Shown one piece after another: positions 1 through 12,816 of a stretch of 64,000 bases of DNA; the first letter of the stretch is position 1, and each line of letters opens with the position of its first letter. The translations under genes and the position numbers were made by a program. Origin of the DNA: a phage; the sequence record PZ179880.1. One strand, 5' to 3'. Under the pieces are notes generated by a model. That model ran no database searches. It saw nothing but the letters and a program-made list of their open reading frames with translations, and had not been told where the DNA came from.

Positions 1-1836
<1,836 letters not shown>

Positions 1837-1864
1837 TATTAAAGCATATTAAAGAGGATTAAAA

Positions 1865-3844
1865 ATGACTTTATTATCTCCGGGCATTGAGCTCAAAGAA
1901 ACTACGGTTCAAAGCACCGTGGTTAATAACTCTACTGGTACAGCAGCTTTGGCCGGTAAATTCCAGTGGGGTCCTGCTTTTCAGATTAAACAGGTTACAA
2001 ATGAAGTAGATTTAGTTAATACTTTTGGTCAACCTACAGCTGAAACTGCTGATTATTTTATGTCTGCAATGAATTTCTTACAATATGGAAATGATTTGCG
2101 AGTTGTGCGTGCTGTCGATAGAGATACCGCTAAAAACTCATCTCCGATTGCTGGTAATATTGAATACACTATTTCTACCCCAGGTAGTAACTACGCGGTT
2201 GGAGATAAAATCACAGTTAAGTATGTTTCAGAAGATGTTGAAACAGAGGGTAAAATTACCGAAGTAGATGCTGATGGAAAAATTAAGAAAATTAATATTC
2301 CTACCGCAAAAATTATCGCTAAAGCGAAAGAAGTCGGTGAATATCCAGAACTAGGTTCTAACTGGACCGCGGAAATTTCTTCGTCTTCATCTGGCTTAGC
2401 TGCAGTAATAACTCTTGGAAAAATTATTACTGATTCCGGTATTTTATTAGCTGAAATTGAAAATGCTGAAGCTGCTATGACAGCAGTTGAATTTCAAACA
2501 AATCTCGAAAAATATGGAATTCCAGGAGTAGTAGCTCTTTATCCAGGCGAGTTGGGCGATAAAATCGAAATTGAAATCGTATCTAAAGCTGACTACGCAA
2601 AAGGTGCTTCTGCATTACTACCAATTTATCCAGGTGGCGGAACACGCGCATCTACTGCCAAAGCAGTGTTTGGATATGGACCACAAACTGATTCGCAATA
2701 CGCTATTATAGTTCGTCGTAATGATGCTATTGTTCAAAGTATTGTTCTTTCAACAAAGCGTGGTGAAAAAGATATTTACGATAGTAACATCTACATTGAT
2801 GACTTTTTCGCAAAAGGCGGTTCAGAATATATTTTTGCAACTGCGCAAAACTGGCCAGAAGGCTTCTCTGGAATTTTAACTCTGTCTGGTGGATTATCAT
2901 CAAATGCTGAAGTAACAGCAGGAGATTTGATGGAAGCCTGGGACTTCTTTGCTGACCGTGAATCTGTTGACGTTCAGTTGTTTATTGCGGGTTCTTGTGC
3001 CGGTGAATCTTTAGAAACAGCATCTACTGTCCAAAAACATGTCGTTTCAATTGGGGATGCACGCCAAGATTGCTTAGTATTGTGCTCACCACCGCGTGAA
3101 ACTGTAGTTGGAATTCCTGTAACTCGTGCTGTTGATAACTTAGTCAATTGGAGAACCGCAGCAGGTTCATACACTGATAATAACTTTAATATCAGTTCAA
3201 CCTACGCAGCAATTGATGGTAACTACAAATATCAGTATGACAAATATAATGATGTAAATCGCTGGGTTCCATTAGCAGCTGATATTGCCGGTTTATGTGC
3301 AAGAACCGATAACGTTTCTCAGACTTGGATGTCTCCAGCTGGTTATAATCGCGGTCAGATTCTTAACGTTATTAAACTTGCTATTGAAACTCGCCAAGCT
3401 CAGCGCGACCGTTTATACCAAGAAGCTATCAACCCAGTAACTGGCACAGGTGGTGATGGTTACGTATTGTATGGTGATAAAACAGCTACTTCTGTTCCTT
3501 CTCCATTTGATCGTATTAACGTTCGTCGTCTGTTTAATATGTTGAAAACGAATATCGGACGTAGTTCAAAATATCGTTTGTTCGAATTAAACAACGCGTT
3601 TACTCGTTCATCATTCCGCACAGAAACTGCCCAATACTTACAGGGAATTAAAGCTCTCGGTGGAATTTATGAATATCGTGTAGTTTGCGATACAACAAAT
3701 AACACTCCGTCAGTAATTGATAGAAATGAGTTTGTTGCAACATTCTACATCCAACCGGCTAGAAGCATTAACTACATTACCTTGAACTTCGTAGCAACTG
3801 CTACTGGTGCAGATTTCGATGAGTTAACTGGTCTTGCAGGTTAA
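1865..3844 (+). CDS. 18: Contractile tail sheath protein gp18
   Basis: 659-aa ORF, same length as T4 gp18; position after gene 17; TATAAATA late promoter upstream. Confidence 0.95.
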   Translation: MTLLSPGIELKETTVQSTVVNNSTGTAALAGKFQWGPAFQIKQVTNEVDLVNTFGQPTAETADYFMSAMNFLQYGNDLRVVRAVDRDTAKNSSPIAGNIEYTISTPGSNYAVGDKITVKYVSEDVETEGKITEVDADGKIKKINIPTAKIIAKAKEVGEYPELGSNWTAEISSSSSGLAAVITLGKIITDSGILLAEIENAEAAMTAVEFQTNLEKYGIPGVVALYPGELGDKIEIEIVSKADYAKGASALLPIYPGGGTRASTAKAVFGYGPQTDSQYAIIVRRNDAIVQSIVLSTKRGEKDIYDSNIYIDDFFAKGGSEYIFATAQNWPEGFSGILTLSGGLSSNAEVTAGDLMEAWDFFADRESVDVQLFIAGSCAGESLETASTVQKHVVSIGDARQDCLVLCSPPRETVVGIPVTRAVDNLVNWRTAAGSYTDNNFNISSTYAAIDGNYKYQYDKYNDVNRWVPLAADIAGLCARTDNVSQTWMSPAGYNRGQILNVIKLAIETRQAQRDRLYQEAINPVTGTGGDGYVLYGDKTATSVPSPFDRINVRRLFNMLKTNIGRSSKYRLFELNNAFTRSSFRTETAQYLQGIKALGGIYEYRVVCDTTNNTPSVIDRNEFVATFYIQPARSINYITLNFVATATGADFDELTGLAG

Positions 3845-3860
3845 TACGGTGCATTCTAAA

Positions 3861-3878
3861 GGCCTGTTTCGGCAGGCC
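3861..3878 (+). terminator. Hairpin terminator after gene 18
   Basis: GGCCTG-tttcgg-CAGGCC stem-loop after the gene 18 stop. Confidence 0.6.
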
Positions 3879-3879
3879 A

Positions 3880-3887
3880 TATAAATA
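3880..3887 (+). promoter_or_regulatory. T4-type late promoter (TATAAATA)
   Basis: Exact TATAAATA directly after the gene 18 terminator hairpin. Confidence 0.6.
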
Positions 3888-3938
3888 CACTATATCCTTA
3901 ATTCTTTAATTCTATATGCCCTAGGTTAAACATAGGGA

Positions 3939-3946
3939 TATAAATA
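3939..3946 (+). promoter_or_regulatory. T4-type late promoter for gene 19
   Basis: Exact TATAAATA 15 nt upstream of the gene 19 ATG. Confidence 0.7.
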
Positions 3947-3960
3947 CTACAGAGGCTAAT

Positions 3961-4452
3961 ATGTTTGTAGATGATGTAACACGAGCGTTTGAATCTGGTG
4001 ATTTTGCTCGACCTAACTTATTCCAAGTAGAAATTTCTTATCTTGGACAAAATTTTACATTCCAATGTAAAGCCACTGCTTTACCAGCTGGTATTGTAGA
4101 AAAAATTCCAGTCGGATTTATGAACCGTAAAATTAACGTAGCAGGCGATCGTACATTCGATGACTGGACTATTACAGTAATGAATGATGAGGCACATGAT
4201 GCTCGCCAGAAGTTTGTTGACTGGCAAAGCATTGCTGCTGGGCAAGGAAACGAAATTACTGGTGGAAAACCAGCAGAGTATAAAAAGAGTGCTATTGTAC
4301 GCCAATATGCTCGTGACGCTAAAACTGTAACAAAAGAAGTCGAAATTAAAGGCCTGTGGCCTACTAACGTGGGTGAACTTCAGTTAGATTGGGATTCAAA
4401 CAATGAAATCCAAACCTTTGAAGTAACTCTCGCTCTCGATTATTGGGAATAA
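3961..4452 (+). CDS. 19: Tail tube protein gp19
   Basis: 163-aa ORF, T4 gp19 length and order; late promoter motifs upstream. Confidence 0.95.
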   Translation: MFVDDVTRAFESGDFARPNLFQVEISYLGQNFTFQCKATALPAGIVEKIPVGFMNRKINVAGDRTFDDWTITVMNDEAHDARQKFVDWQSIAAGQGNEITGGKPAEYKKSAIVRQYARDAKTVTKEVEIKGLWPTNVGELQLDWDSNNEIQTFEVTLALDYWE

Positions 4453-4459
4453 AATGAAT

Positions 4460-4473
4460 GGGGAGAAATCCCC
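4460..4473 (+). terminator. Hairpin after gene 19
   Basis: GGGGA-GAAA-TCCCC stem-loop (GNRA-type loop) after the gene 19 stop. Confidence 0.55.
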
Positions 4474-4484
4474 ATCCTGCTTAA

Positions 4485-6109
<1,625 letters not shown>

Positions 6110-6110
<1 letters not shown>

Positions 6111-6349
6111 TGGAAGGTTTAATTGAAGCTATTAAATCAAACGACCTCGTAGCCGCTCGTAAATTCTTTGCTGAAGCCATGGCTGCAAGAACGATTGATT
6201 TAATTAAAGAAGAAAAAATCGCTATCGCTCGTAATTTCTTAATCGAAGGTGAAGAACCTGATGATGAGGATGATGAAGATAGCGATGATAAAGACGACAA
6301 AAAAGACAAAGACTCTGACGAAGATGACGAAGACGAGGATGATGAATAA
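6110..6349 (+). CDS. 67: Prohead core protein gp67
   Basis: 79-aa ORF with highly acidic D/E-rich C-terminus; ATG overlaps the gene 20 stop (TAATG). Confidence 0.85.
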
Positions 6350-6774
6350 TGCTTCTGATCCCTGAAACTCATGAATTAGTTCTCGAGAATGTCGAAGCAC
6401 TTATTCCTGAAGCACAGGGTCGCTTTGACGAATTGTCTTCTGCTTTAAATAAAGACGATATAAATACAATTGTCGAGAATATGCTTGATGATGAAACTGA
6501 TTTAGCAGTTGCATTAGCTTCTATTAATGAAAATATGCCGTTAAATGAATTCATTGTTAAGCACGTTTCAGCTCGTGGTGAAATTACACGTACTAAAGAC
6601 CGCAAAACACGCGAACGTAATGCATTTCAAACCACTGGGCTGTCTAAAGCAAAACGTAGACAAATTGCTCGCAAAGCTACCAAAACGAAGATTGCCAACC
6701 CAGCAGGTCAATCTCGTGCTCAGCGTAAGCGTAAAAAAGCTCTTAAACGCCGTAAAGCATTAGGATTAAGCTAA
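6349..6774 (+). CDS. 68: Prohead core protein gp68
   Basis: 141-aa ORF, start overlaps the gp67 stop; basic C-terminal tail; T4 order 67-68-21. Confidence 0.85.
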
Positions 6775-7412
6775 TGAATGAACCCCAATTACTAATTGAA
6801 ACTTGGGGTCAACCTGGCGAAATTATTGATGGTGTGCCAATGCTTGAATCTCATGATGGAAAAGACCTCGGTTTAAAACCTGGTTTATACATCGAAGGAA
6901 TATTCATGCAAGCGGAAGTTGTCAATAGAAATAAACGTCTTTATCCAAAACGCATATTAGAAAAAGCGGTAAAAGACTATATCAATGAGCAAGTTTTAAC
7001 AAAACAAGCTCTCGGAGAATTAAATCATCCTCCACGCGCTAATGTTGACCCGATGCAAGCCGCTATCATTATAGAAGATATGTGGTGGAAAGGAAATGAC
7101 GTATACGGACGAGCTCGTGTTATTGAAGGTGACCATGGTCCTGGAGATAAATTAGCAGCTAATATTCGTGCCGGATGGATTCCAGGAGTTTCTTCTCGTG
7201 GATTAGGTTCATTGACTGACACAAATAAAGGTTATCGTATCGTAAACGAAGGATTCAAATTAACTGTAGGTGTTGATGCAGTATGGGGTCCAAGTGCTCC
7301 AGATGCATGGGTAACTCCTAAGGAAATTACCGAATCACAGACGGCGGAAGCCGATACAAGTGCCGATGACGCCTATATGGCTCTCGCAGAGGCCATGAAA
7401 AAAGCGTTATAA
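6774..7412 (+). CDS. 21: Prohead core protease gp21
   Basis: 212-aa ORF, T4 gp21 length and position between 68 and 22. Confidence 0.93.
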   Translation: MNEPQLLIETWGQPGEIIDGVPMLESHDGKDLGLKPGLYIEGIFMQAEVVNRNKRLYPKRILEKAVKDYINEQVLTKQALGELNHPPRANVDPMQAAIIIEDMWWKGNDVYGRARVIEGDHGPGDKLAANIRAGWIPGVSSRGLGSLTDTNKGYRIVNEGFKLTVGVDAVWGPSAPDAWVTPKEITESQTAEADTSADDAYMALAEAMKKAL

Positions 7413-7415
7413 ATA
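7408..7415 (+). promoter_or_regulatory. T4-type late promoter for gene 22
   Basis: Exact TATAAATA overlapping the gene 21 stop, ~28 nt upstream of the gene 22 ATG. Confidence 0.7.
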
Positions 7416-7442
7416 TTATTATCTAAACAACAGGACTACAAA

Positions 7443-8252
7443 ATGCTTAAAGAACAACTGATTGCTGAAGCGCAAAAAATTGATGCTTCCGTTGCTCTTG
7501 ATAGTATTTTCGAATCAGTTAATATTTCTCCGGAAGCAAAAGAAACTTTCGGCACTGTATTCGAAGCTACCGTCAAGCAGCACGCCGTTAAATTAGCTGA
7601 ATCTCATATCGCTAAAATTGCTGAAAAAGCAGAAGAAGAAGTAGAAAAAAATAAAGAAGAAGCTGAAGAAAAAGCTGAGAAGAAAATCGCTGAGCAAGCT
7701 TCTAAATTCATCGACCATCTTGCGAAAGAATGGCTCGCTGAAAATAAATTAGCAGTTGATAAAGGCATCAAAGCCGAACTGTTTGAATCCATGCTTGGTG
7801 GATTAAAAGAGCTCTTTGTTGAACACAACGTTGTTGTTCCAGAAGAATCAGTTGATGTTGTGGCTGAAATGGAAGAAGAGCTGCAAGAACATAAAGAAGA
7901 ATCAGCTCGTCTGTTCGAAGAACTCAATAAGCGTGACGCGTATATCAATTATGTGCAGCGTGAAGTGGCATTGAGCGAAAGTACTAAAGATCTGACTGAG
8001 TCTCAAAAAGAAAAAGTCTCTGCTCTGGTCGAAGGTATGGATTATTCAGATGAATTCTCAAATAAATTGAGTGCCATCGTAGAAATGGTGAAGAAGTCTA
8101 ATAAAGATGAAAGCACTATTACTGAGGGTATAAATACTCCTGATACTGAAGCAGCCGGACTGAATTTCGTCACTGAAGCTGTAGAAGATAAAGCTGCACC
8201 TGGTGCAGAAGATATTGTAAGTGTATATGCGAAAGTCGCATCTCGTTTCTAA
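7443..8252 (+). CDS. 22: Prohead core scaffold protein gp22
   Basis: 269-aa acidic, coiled-coil-rich ORF (E/K/A-rich); T4 gp22 length and position. Confidence 0.93.
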   Translation: MLKEQLIAEAQKIDASVALDSIFESVNISPEAKETFGTVFEATVKQHAVKLAESHIAKIAEKAEEEVEKNKEEAEEKAEKKIAEQASKFIDHLAKEWLAENKLAVDKGIKAELFESMLGGLKELFVEHNVVVPEESVDVVAEMEEELQEHKEESARLFEELNKRDAYINYVQREVALSESTKDLTESQKEKVSALVEGMDYSDEFSNKLSAIVEMVKKSNKDESTITEGINTPDTEAAGLNFVTEAVEDKAAPGAEDIVSVYAKVASRF

Positions 8253-8270
8253 TTTTAAAGGTTAACACAA

Positions 8271-9836
8271 ATGACTATCAAAACTAAAGCTGAACTTTTG
8301 AACAAATGGAAGCCATTACTGGAAGGTGAAGGTTTACCGGAAATTGCTAATAGCAAACAAGCGATTATCGCTAAAATCTTTGAAAACCAGGAAAAAGATT
8401 TCCAGACAGCTCCAGAATACAAAGACGAAAAAATCGCTCAGGCGTTCGGTTCTTTCTTAACAGAAGCTGAAATCGGTGGTGACCACGGTTACAACGCTAC
8501 TAACATCGCTGCTGGTCAGACTTCTGGCGCAGTAACTCAGATTGGCCCAGCTGTTATGGGTATGGTACGTCGTGCTATTCCTAACCTGATTGCTTTCGAT
8601 ATTTGCGGTGTTCAGCCGATGAACAGCCCGACTGGCCAGGTATTCGCACTGCGTGCAGTATATGGTAAAGACCCAATCGCTGCCGATGCTAAAGAAGCAT
8701 TCCACCCAATGTATGGTCCAGATGCAATGTTCTCTGGTCAGGGTGCTGCTAAGAAATTCACTGCTTTAACTGCTGGCGCTACTACTGTCAAAGGTGACAT
8801 CTATACTTATTTCTTCCAGGAAACTGGTACTGTGTATCTGCAGGCTTCCTCTGTAGTAACAATTAGTTCAAGTGCTGATGATGCAGCTAAATTAGATGCT
8901 GAAATTAAGAAACAAATGGAAGCTGGTGTACTGGTAGAAATCGCTGAAGGTATGGCTACTTCTATCGCTGAACTTCAGGAAGGTTTCAACGGTTCTACCG
9001 ATAACCCATGGAATGAAATGGGCTTCCGTATCGATAAACAAGTTATCGAAGCTAAATCTCGTCAGCTGAAAGCTGCTTACTCTATCGAATTAGCACAAGA
9101 CCTCCGCGCTGTTCACGGTATGGATGCTGATGCTGAACTGTCTGGTATTCTGGCTACCGAAATCATGCTGGAAATCAACCGCGAAGTTGTTGATTGGATT
9201 AACTACTCAGCTCAGGTTGGTAAATCTGGTATGACCCTGACTCCGGGTTCTAAAGCTGGTGTATTTGACTTCCAGGATCCGATTGATATTCGTGGTGCTC
9301 GCTGGGCGGGTGAATCCTTTAAAGCTCTGTTGTTCCAGATTGACAAAGAAGCAGTTGAAATTGCTCGTCAAACCGGTCGTGGTGAAGGTAACTTCATTAT
9401 CGCTTCCCGTAACGTAGTTAACGTTCTGGCTTCAGTTGATACTGGCATTTCTTATGCTGCACAGGGTCTGGCTACCGGCTTTAACACTGATACTACCAAG
9501 TCAGTATTTGCTGGTGTTCTGGGTGGTAAATACCGTGTATATATCGACCAGTATGCTAAACAGGATTATTTCACCGTAGGTTATAAAGGTCCGAACGAAA
9601 TGGATGCTGGTATTTACTACGCTCCATATGTAGCTCTGACTCCGCTGCGTGGTTCCGATCCGAAGAACTTCCAACCAGTAATGGGATTCAAAACTCGTTA
9701 CGGTATCGGTATCAACCCATTTGCAGAATCCGCTGCTCAGGCTCCGGCTTCTCGCATCCAGAGCGGTATGCCTTCTATTCTGAATAGCCTTGGTAAAAAC
9801 GCTTACTTCCGCCGTGTATATGTTAAAGGTATCTAA
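8271..9836 (+). CDS. 23: Major capsid protein gp23
   Basis: 521-aa ORF, N-terminus MTIKTKAELLNKWKPLLEGEG as in recalled T4 gp23; strong hairpin terminator immediately downstream. Confidence 0.97.
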   Translation: MTIKTKAELLNKWKPLLEGEGLPEIANSKQAIIAKIFENQEKDFQTAPEYKDEKIAQAFGSFLTEAEIGGDHGYNATNIAAGQTSGAVTQIGPAVMGMVRRAIPNLIAFDICGVQPMNSPTGQVFALRAVYGKDPIAADAKEAFHPMYGPDAMFSGQGAAKKFTALTAGATTVKGDIYTYFFQETGTVYLQASSVVTISSSADDAAKLDAEIKKQMEAGVLVEIAEGMATSIAELQEGFNGSTDNPWNEMGFRIDKQVIEAKSRQLKAAYSIELAQDLRAVHGMDADAELSGILATEIMLEINREVVDWINYSAQVGKSGMTLTPGSKAGVFDFQDPIDIRGARWAGESFKALLFQIDKEAVEIARQTGRGEGNFIIASRNVVNVLASVDTGISYAAQGLATGFNTDTTKSVFAGVLGGKYRVYIDQYAKQDYFTVGYKGPNEMDAGIYYAPYVALTPLRGSDPKNFQPVMGFKTRYGIGINPFAESAAQAPASRIQSGMPSILNSLGKNAYFRRVYVKGI

Positions 9837-9850
9837 TCTTTGACGATTTA

Positions 9851-9868
9851 AGGGACCTTCGGGTCCCT
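9851..9868 (+). terminator. Rho-independent terminator after gene 23
   Basis: AGGGACC-TTCG-GGTCCCT followed by a T-run. Confidence 0.8.
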
Positions 9869-9884
9869 TTAGTTGTTTTTATGG

Positions 9885-9892
9885 TATAAATA
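9885..9892 (+). promoter_or_regulatory. T4-type late promoter for gene 24
   Basis: Exact TATAAATA between the gene 23 terminator and the gene 24 RBS. Confidence 0.7.
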
Positions 9893-9919
9893 AATCATAT
9901 AAACCAAAAGGAAAGCGCA

Positions 9920-11203
9920 ATGGCTAAAATCAACGAACTTCTGCGCGAATCAACCACAACGAATAGCAACTCAATCGGTCGCCCAAATCTCGTTGCTTTG
10001 ACTCGCGCTACCACTAAATTAATATATTCTGACATTGTAGCAACGCAAAGAACTAATCAACCTGTTGCTTCTTTTTATGGTATCAAATACCTTAACCCGG
10101 ATAACGAATTTACATTTAAAACTGGTGCTACTTACGCTGGCGAAGCTGGATACGTAGACCGAGAACAAATCACAGAATTAACAGAAGAGTCTAAATTAAC
10201 TCTCAATAAAGGCGATTTATTCAAATATAATAATATCGTTTATAAAGTATTAGAAGATACACCATTTGCTGATATTGAAGAAAGCGATTTAGAATTAGCT
10301 CTTCAGATTGCAATTGTTCTTTTAAAGGTTCGTCTATTTTCTGATGCCGCAGTAACAAGCAAATTTGAAAGCTCTGATAGTGAAATTGCGGATGCTAGAT
10401 TCCAGATTAATAAATGGCAAACCGCAGTTAAATCTCGTAAACTTAAAACTGGCATCACAGTTGAATTAGCACAAGATTTAGAAGCAAACGGATTCGATGC
10501 TCCTAATTTCTTAGAAGATTTGCTTGCAACTGAAATGGCGGATGAAATCAATAAAGATATTTTGCAGTCTTTGATTACAGTGTCAAAACGCTATAAAGTT
10601 ACAGGAATTACTGATACTGGATTCATTGATTTGAGTTATGCATCTGCACCTGAAGCCGGTCGTTCATTATACCGAATGGTGTGCGAAATGGTTTCACATA
10701 TTCAGAAAGAATCAACTTATACAGCAACGTTCTGTGTTGCTTCAGCTCGTGCCGCTGCGATTCTTGCTGCATCAGGTTGGTTAAAACATAAACCAGAAGA
10801 TGATAAATATCTTTCACAAAATGCCTACGGGTTCTTAGCTAATGGTTTACCGCTTTATTGCGATACCAACAGCCCATTAGATTATGTAATCGTTGGCGTA
10901 GTAGAAAATATCGGTGAAAAAGAAATTGTTGGGTCAATTTTCTATGCTCCGTATACAGAAGGTCTTGACTTAGATGACCCTGAACATGTAGGTGCATTTA
11001 AAGTTGTAGTTGATCCAGAAAGTTTGCAGCCATCTATCGGTTTATTAGTTAGATATGCTTTATCTGCAAATCCTTACACTGTAGCAAAAGATGAAAAAGA
11101 AGCAAGAATAATTGATGGTGGAGACATGGATAAAATGGCAGGTCGTTCAGATTTGTCTGTTTTATTAGGTGTTAAGCTACCAAAAATTATCATTGATGAA
11201 TAA
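9920..11203 (+). CDS. 24: Capsid vertex protein gp24
   Basis: 427-aa ORF, T4 gp24 length; late promoter TATAAATA upstream; terminator downstream. Confidence 0.95.
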   Translation: MAKINELLRESTTTNSNSIGRPNLVALTRATTKLIYSDIVATQRTNQPVASFYGIKYLNPDNEFTFKTGATYAGEAGYVDREQITELTEESKLTLNKGDLFKYNNIVYKVLEDTPFADIEESDLELALQIAIVLLKVRLFSDAAVTSKFESSDSEIADARFQINKWQTAVKSRKLKTGITVELAQDLEANGFDAPNFLEDLLATEMADEINKDILQSLITVSKRYKVTGITDTGFIDLSYASAPEAGRSLYRMVCEMVSHIQKESTYTATFCVASARAAAILAASGWLKHKPEDDKYLSQNAYGFLANGLPLYCDTNSPLDYVIVGVVENIGEKEIVGSIFYAPYTEGLDLDDPEHVGAFKVVVDPESLQPSIGLLVRYALSANPYTVAKDEKEARIIDGGDMDKMAGRSDLSVLLGVKLPKIIIDE

Positions 11204-11208
11204 AACAA

Positions 11209-11226
11209 AGGGACCTTTTGGTCCCT
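11209..11226. terminator. Bidirectional terminator between gene 24 (+) and rnlB (-)
   Basis: AGGGACC-TTTT-GGTCCCT flanked by A/T runs on both sides. Confidence 0.75.
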
Positions 11227-11232
11227 TTTTAT

Positions 11233-12237
11233 TTAACTTACCAATTCAATCCAAGCCGGACGAAGTACATCTTGTACCATTTTAACTAATTCCTTCTTAA
11301 TCAAAGAAGGATTATCTGCTTGAGTTAGAGTAATACCTTCACGAGAAGTTTCTTCCAAAATATCTTGAACCGTTAGTCCCATCACCTTTCCAAAATCTTT
11401 TGGACCAATTTCGCCAATTTTAGAAATAACGTTATTTACTCGGTTCAGTGTAACGTAACAAGCTAAAATTCCAACCAATTTGTTATCAGCTTCTGACAGT
11501 TCAACTTTAGCTTTAATAGGCTTATCGGACTTTTTCTTTTCACTAAATTTAGAGTTCTTGCATTTGATGGCTACACGATTGCCGTTATGCAGCCAAGAAG
11601 GATAACAAGGTTTCAATACATATCCTTCAGCGGTAAATACTTCGCCTTTTGCTTCAGCATTCCAAACGCATTTATTTGCATCAACTAATCCAGCATGGTC
11701 TACTGTAAAATTATAATCTTGGACGACAGAATCTAAATCATTTGGCAATTTAATCAGCTCTTCAAATTTACCACGACCTAAAAGTGGAGCCATTTTAAAT
11801 TTAAATGTATTACAGAATGATTCCATCATATAATCATCGACATAAGTAACATCACCACTTTCTGTAGTAACAATAATGTCAAATACATAAAAATCTTTAT
11901 CACCATAATCGACATTCTTCTGAATGCCAGGTCCAGCGAATTCGCCAAAAACTTGATAAGATACAACTGCTGAAGTTTCCATAATATCTTGTACTGCTTT
12001 AATGGAATCAGCGTAATTCTTCAAAATAATTTCATACCCAAAGAAATCTTCGGCAGGAAGAATAGGACCAGTGCGTTTAGCACAAGTTACTTTATCACGC
12101 TCAATAATCAATGAGAAATTTGTGCCATGAATCTTTTCACGAGCTACCCATTCGCCGCCAGTCAATCCTAAACTGTAAAGTTTTTCAATGAATTTAGAAT
12201 TGTAATGATTTTCAAGACTGCTATACTTTTTAAACAT
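11233..12237 (-). CDS. rnlB: RNA ligase 2 (Rnl2)
   Basis: 334-aa ORF; nucleotidyltransferase lysine motif context EKIHGTN; matches recalled T4 Rnl2 (gene 24.1) sequence, length and position. Confidence 0.92.
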   Translation of the reverse strand: MFKKYSSLENHYNSKFIEKLYSLGLTGGEWVAREKIHGTNFSLIIERDKVTCAKRTGPILPAEDFFGYEIILKNYADSIKAVQDIMETSAVVSYQVFGEFAGPGIQKNVDYGDKDFYVFDIIVTTESGDVTYVDDYMMESFCNTFKFKMAPLLGRGKFEELIKLPNDLDSVVQDYNFTVDHAGLVDANKCVWNAEAKGEVFTAEGYVLKPCYPSWLHNGNRVAIKCKNSKFSEKKKSDKPIKAKVELSEADNKLVGILACYVTLNRVNNVISKIGEIGPKDFGKVMGLTVQDILEETSREGITLTQADNPSLIKKELVKMVQDVLRPAWIELVS

Positions 12238-12246
12238 AATTAATCC

Positions 12247-12525
12247 TCAAAATGTAATTTCTAACCAATCACCATCACGCTGATCACTATTGACTTTAAA
12301 GCTAAATCCTTCTTTTCTCAGCCAATCACCGATTTCTTCAGTAATCAATTTATCGCGAGCAGTACAATAATAACTAAAATATGTTTTACCTTGTTCAGCT
12401 GCTTTATTAGCAAGTTCCGAAAAATCTTTAATAAAACACTCTAGCTTAAACTGTTTACTTTTAAGTGCTTTTTCGCGTAATCGATTAGCAAAAGATTCAT
12501 TTTCATAAAGATCATACTGTTCCAT
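12247..12525 (-). CDS. 24.2: Hypothetical protein (T4 24.2 position)
   Basis: 92-aa ORF co-oriented and tightly packed downstream of rnlB. Confidence 0.7.
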   Translation of the reverse strand: MEQYDLYENESFANRLREKALKSKQFKLECFIKDFSELANKAAEQGKTYFSYYCTARDKLITEEIGDWLRKEGFSFKVNSDQRDGDWLEITF

Positions 12526-12727
12526 TTTTCACCTTTTTATTAATATGTCTTTTTCTGTAAACAACTTTTTCTCGAGTTTCAAATTTATTCTTAGCAGTCA
12601 TAGCTCGAGCCCATAATACAGCCACTTCTTTCGCCTGTAAGTTTAATTCACGAGCAATTTCAATGAATGACTTTCCAGACTCATGAAGAGTAAACACCAC
12701 AACCTCAGTTCTCATAATCAATCTCAT
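12512..12727 (-). CDS. 24.3: Small protein with helix-turn-helix-like segment (T4 24.3 position)
   Basis: 71-aa ORF; segment GKSFIEIARELNLQAKEVAVLWARA resembles an HTH; start uncertain (internal Met possible). Confidence 0.6.
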   Translation of the reverse strand: MRLIMRTEVVVFTLHESGKSFIEIARELNLQAKEVAVLWARAMTAKNKFETREKVVYRKRHINKKVKNGTV

Positions 12728-12796
12728 GTTATCGAGTTGATGCCATTATATACATCATTTTCTGAGTGTGTTTTGTGTGCTTTCAAAATGAAGAAA

Positions 12797-12810
12797 GGGG
12801 CCGAAGCCCC
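12797..12810 (-). terminator. Terminator after hoc
   Basis: GGGGC-CGAA-GCCCC hairpin immediately downstream of the hoc stop. Confidence 0.7.
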
Positions 12811-12816
12811 TTATGA

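Noticed and set aside
7604-7948. 114-aa minus-strand ORF inside gene 22
   Set aside because: Antisense shadow of the Glu/Lys/Ala-rich scaffold gene; low complexity and no RBS context.
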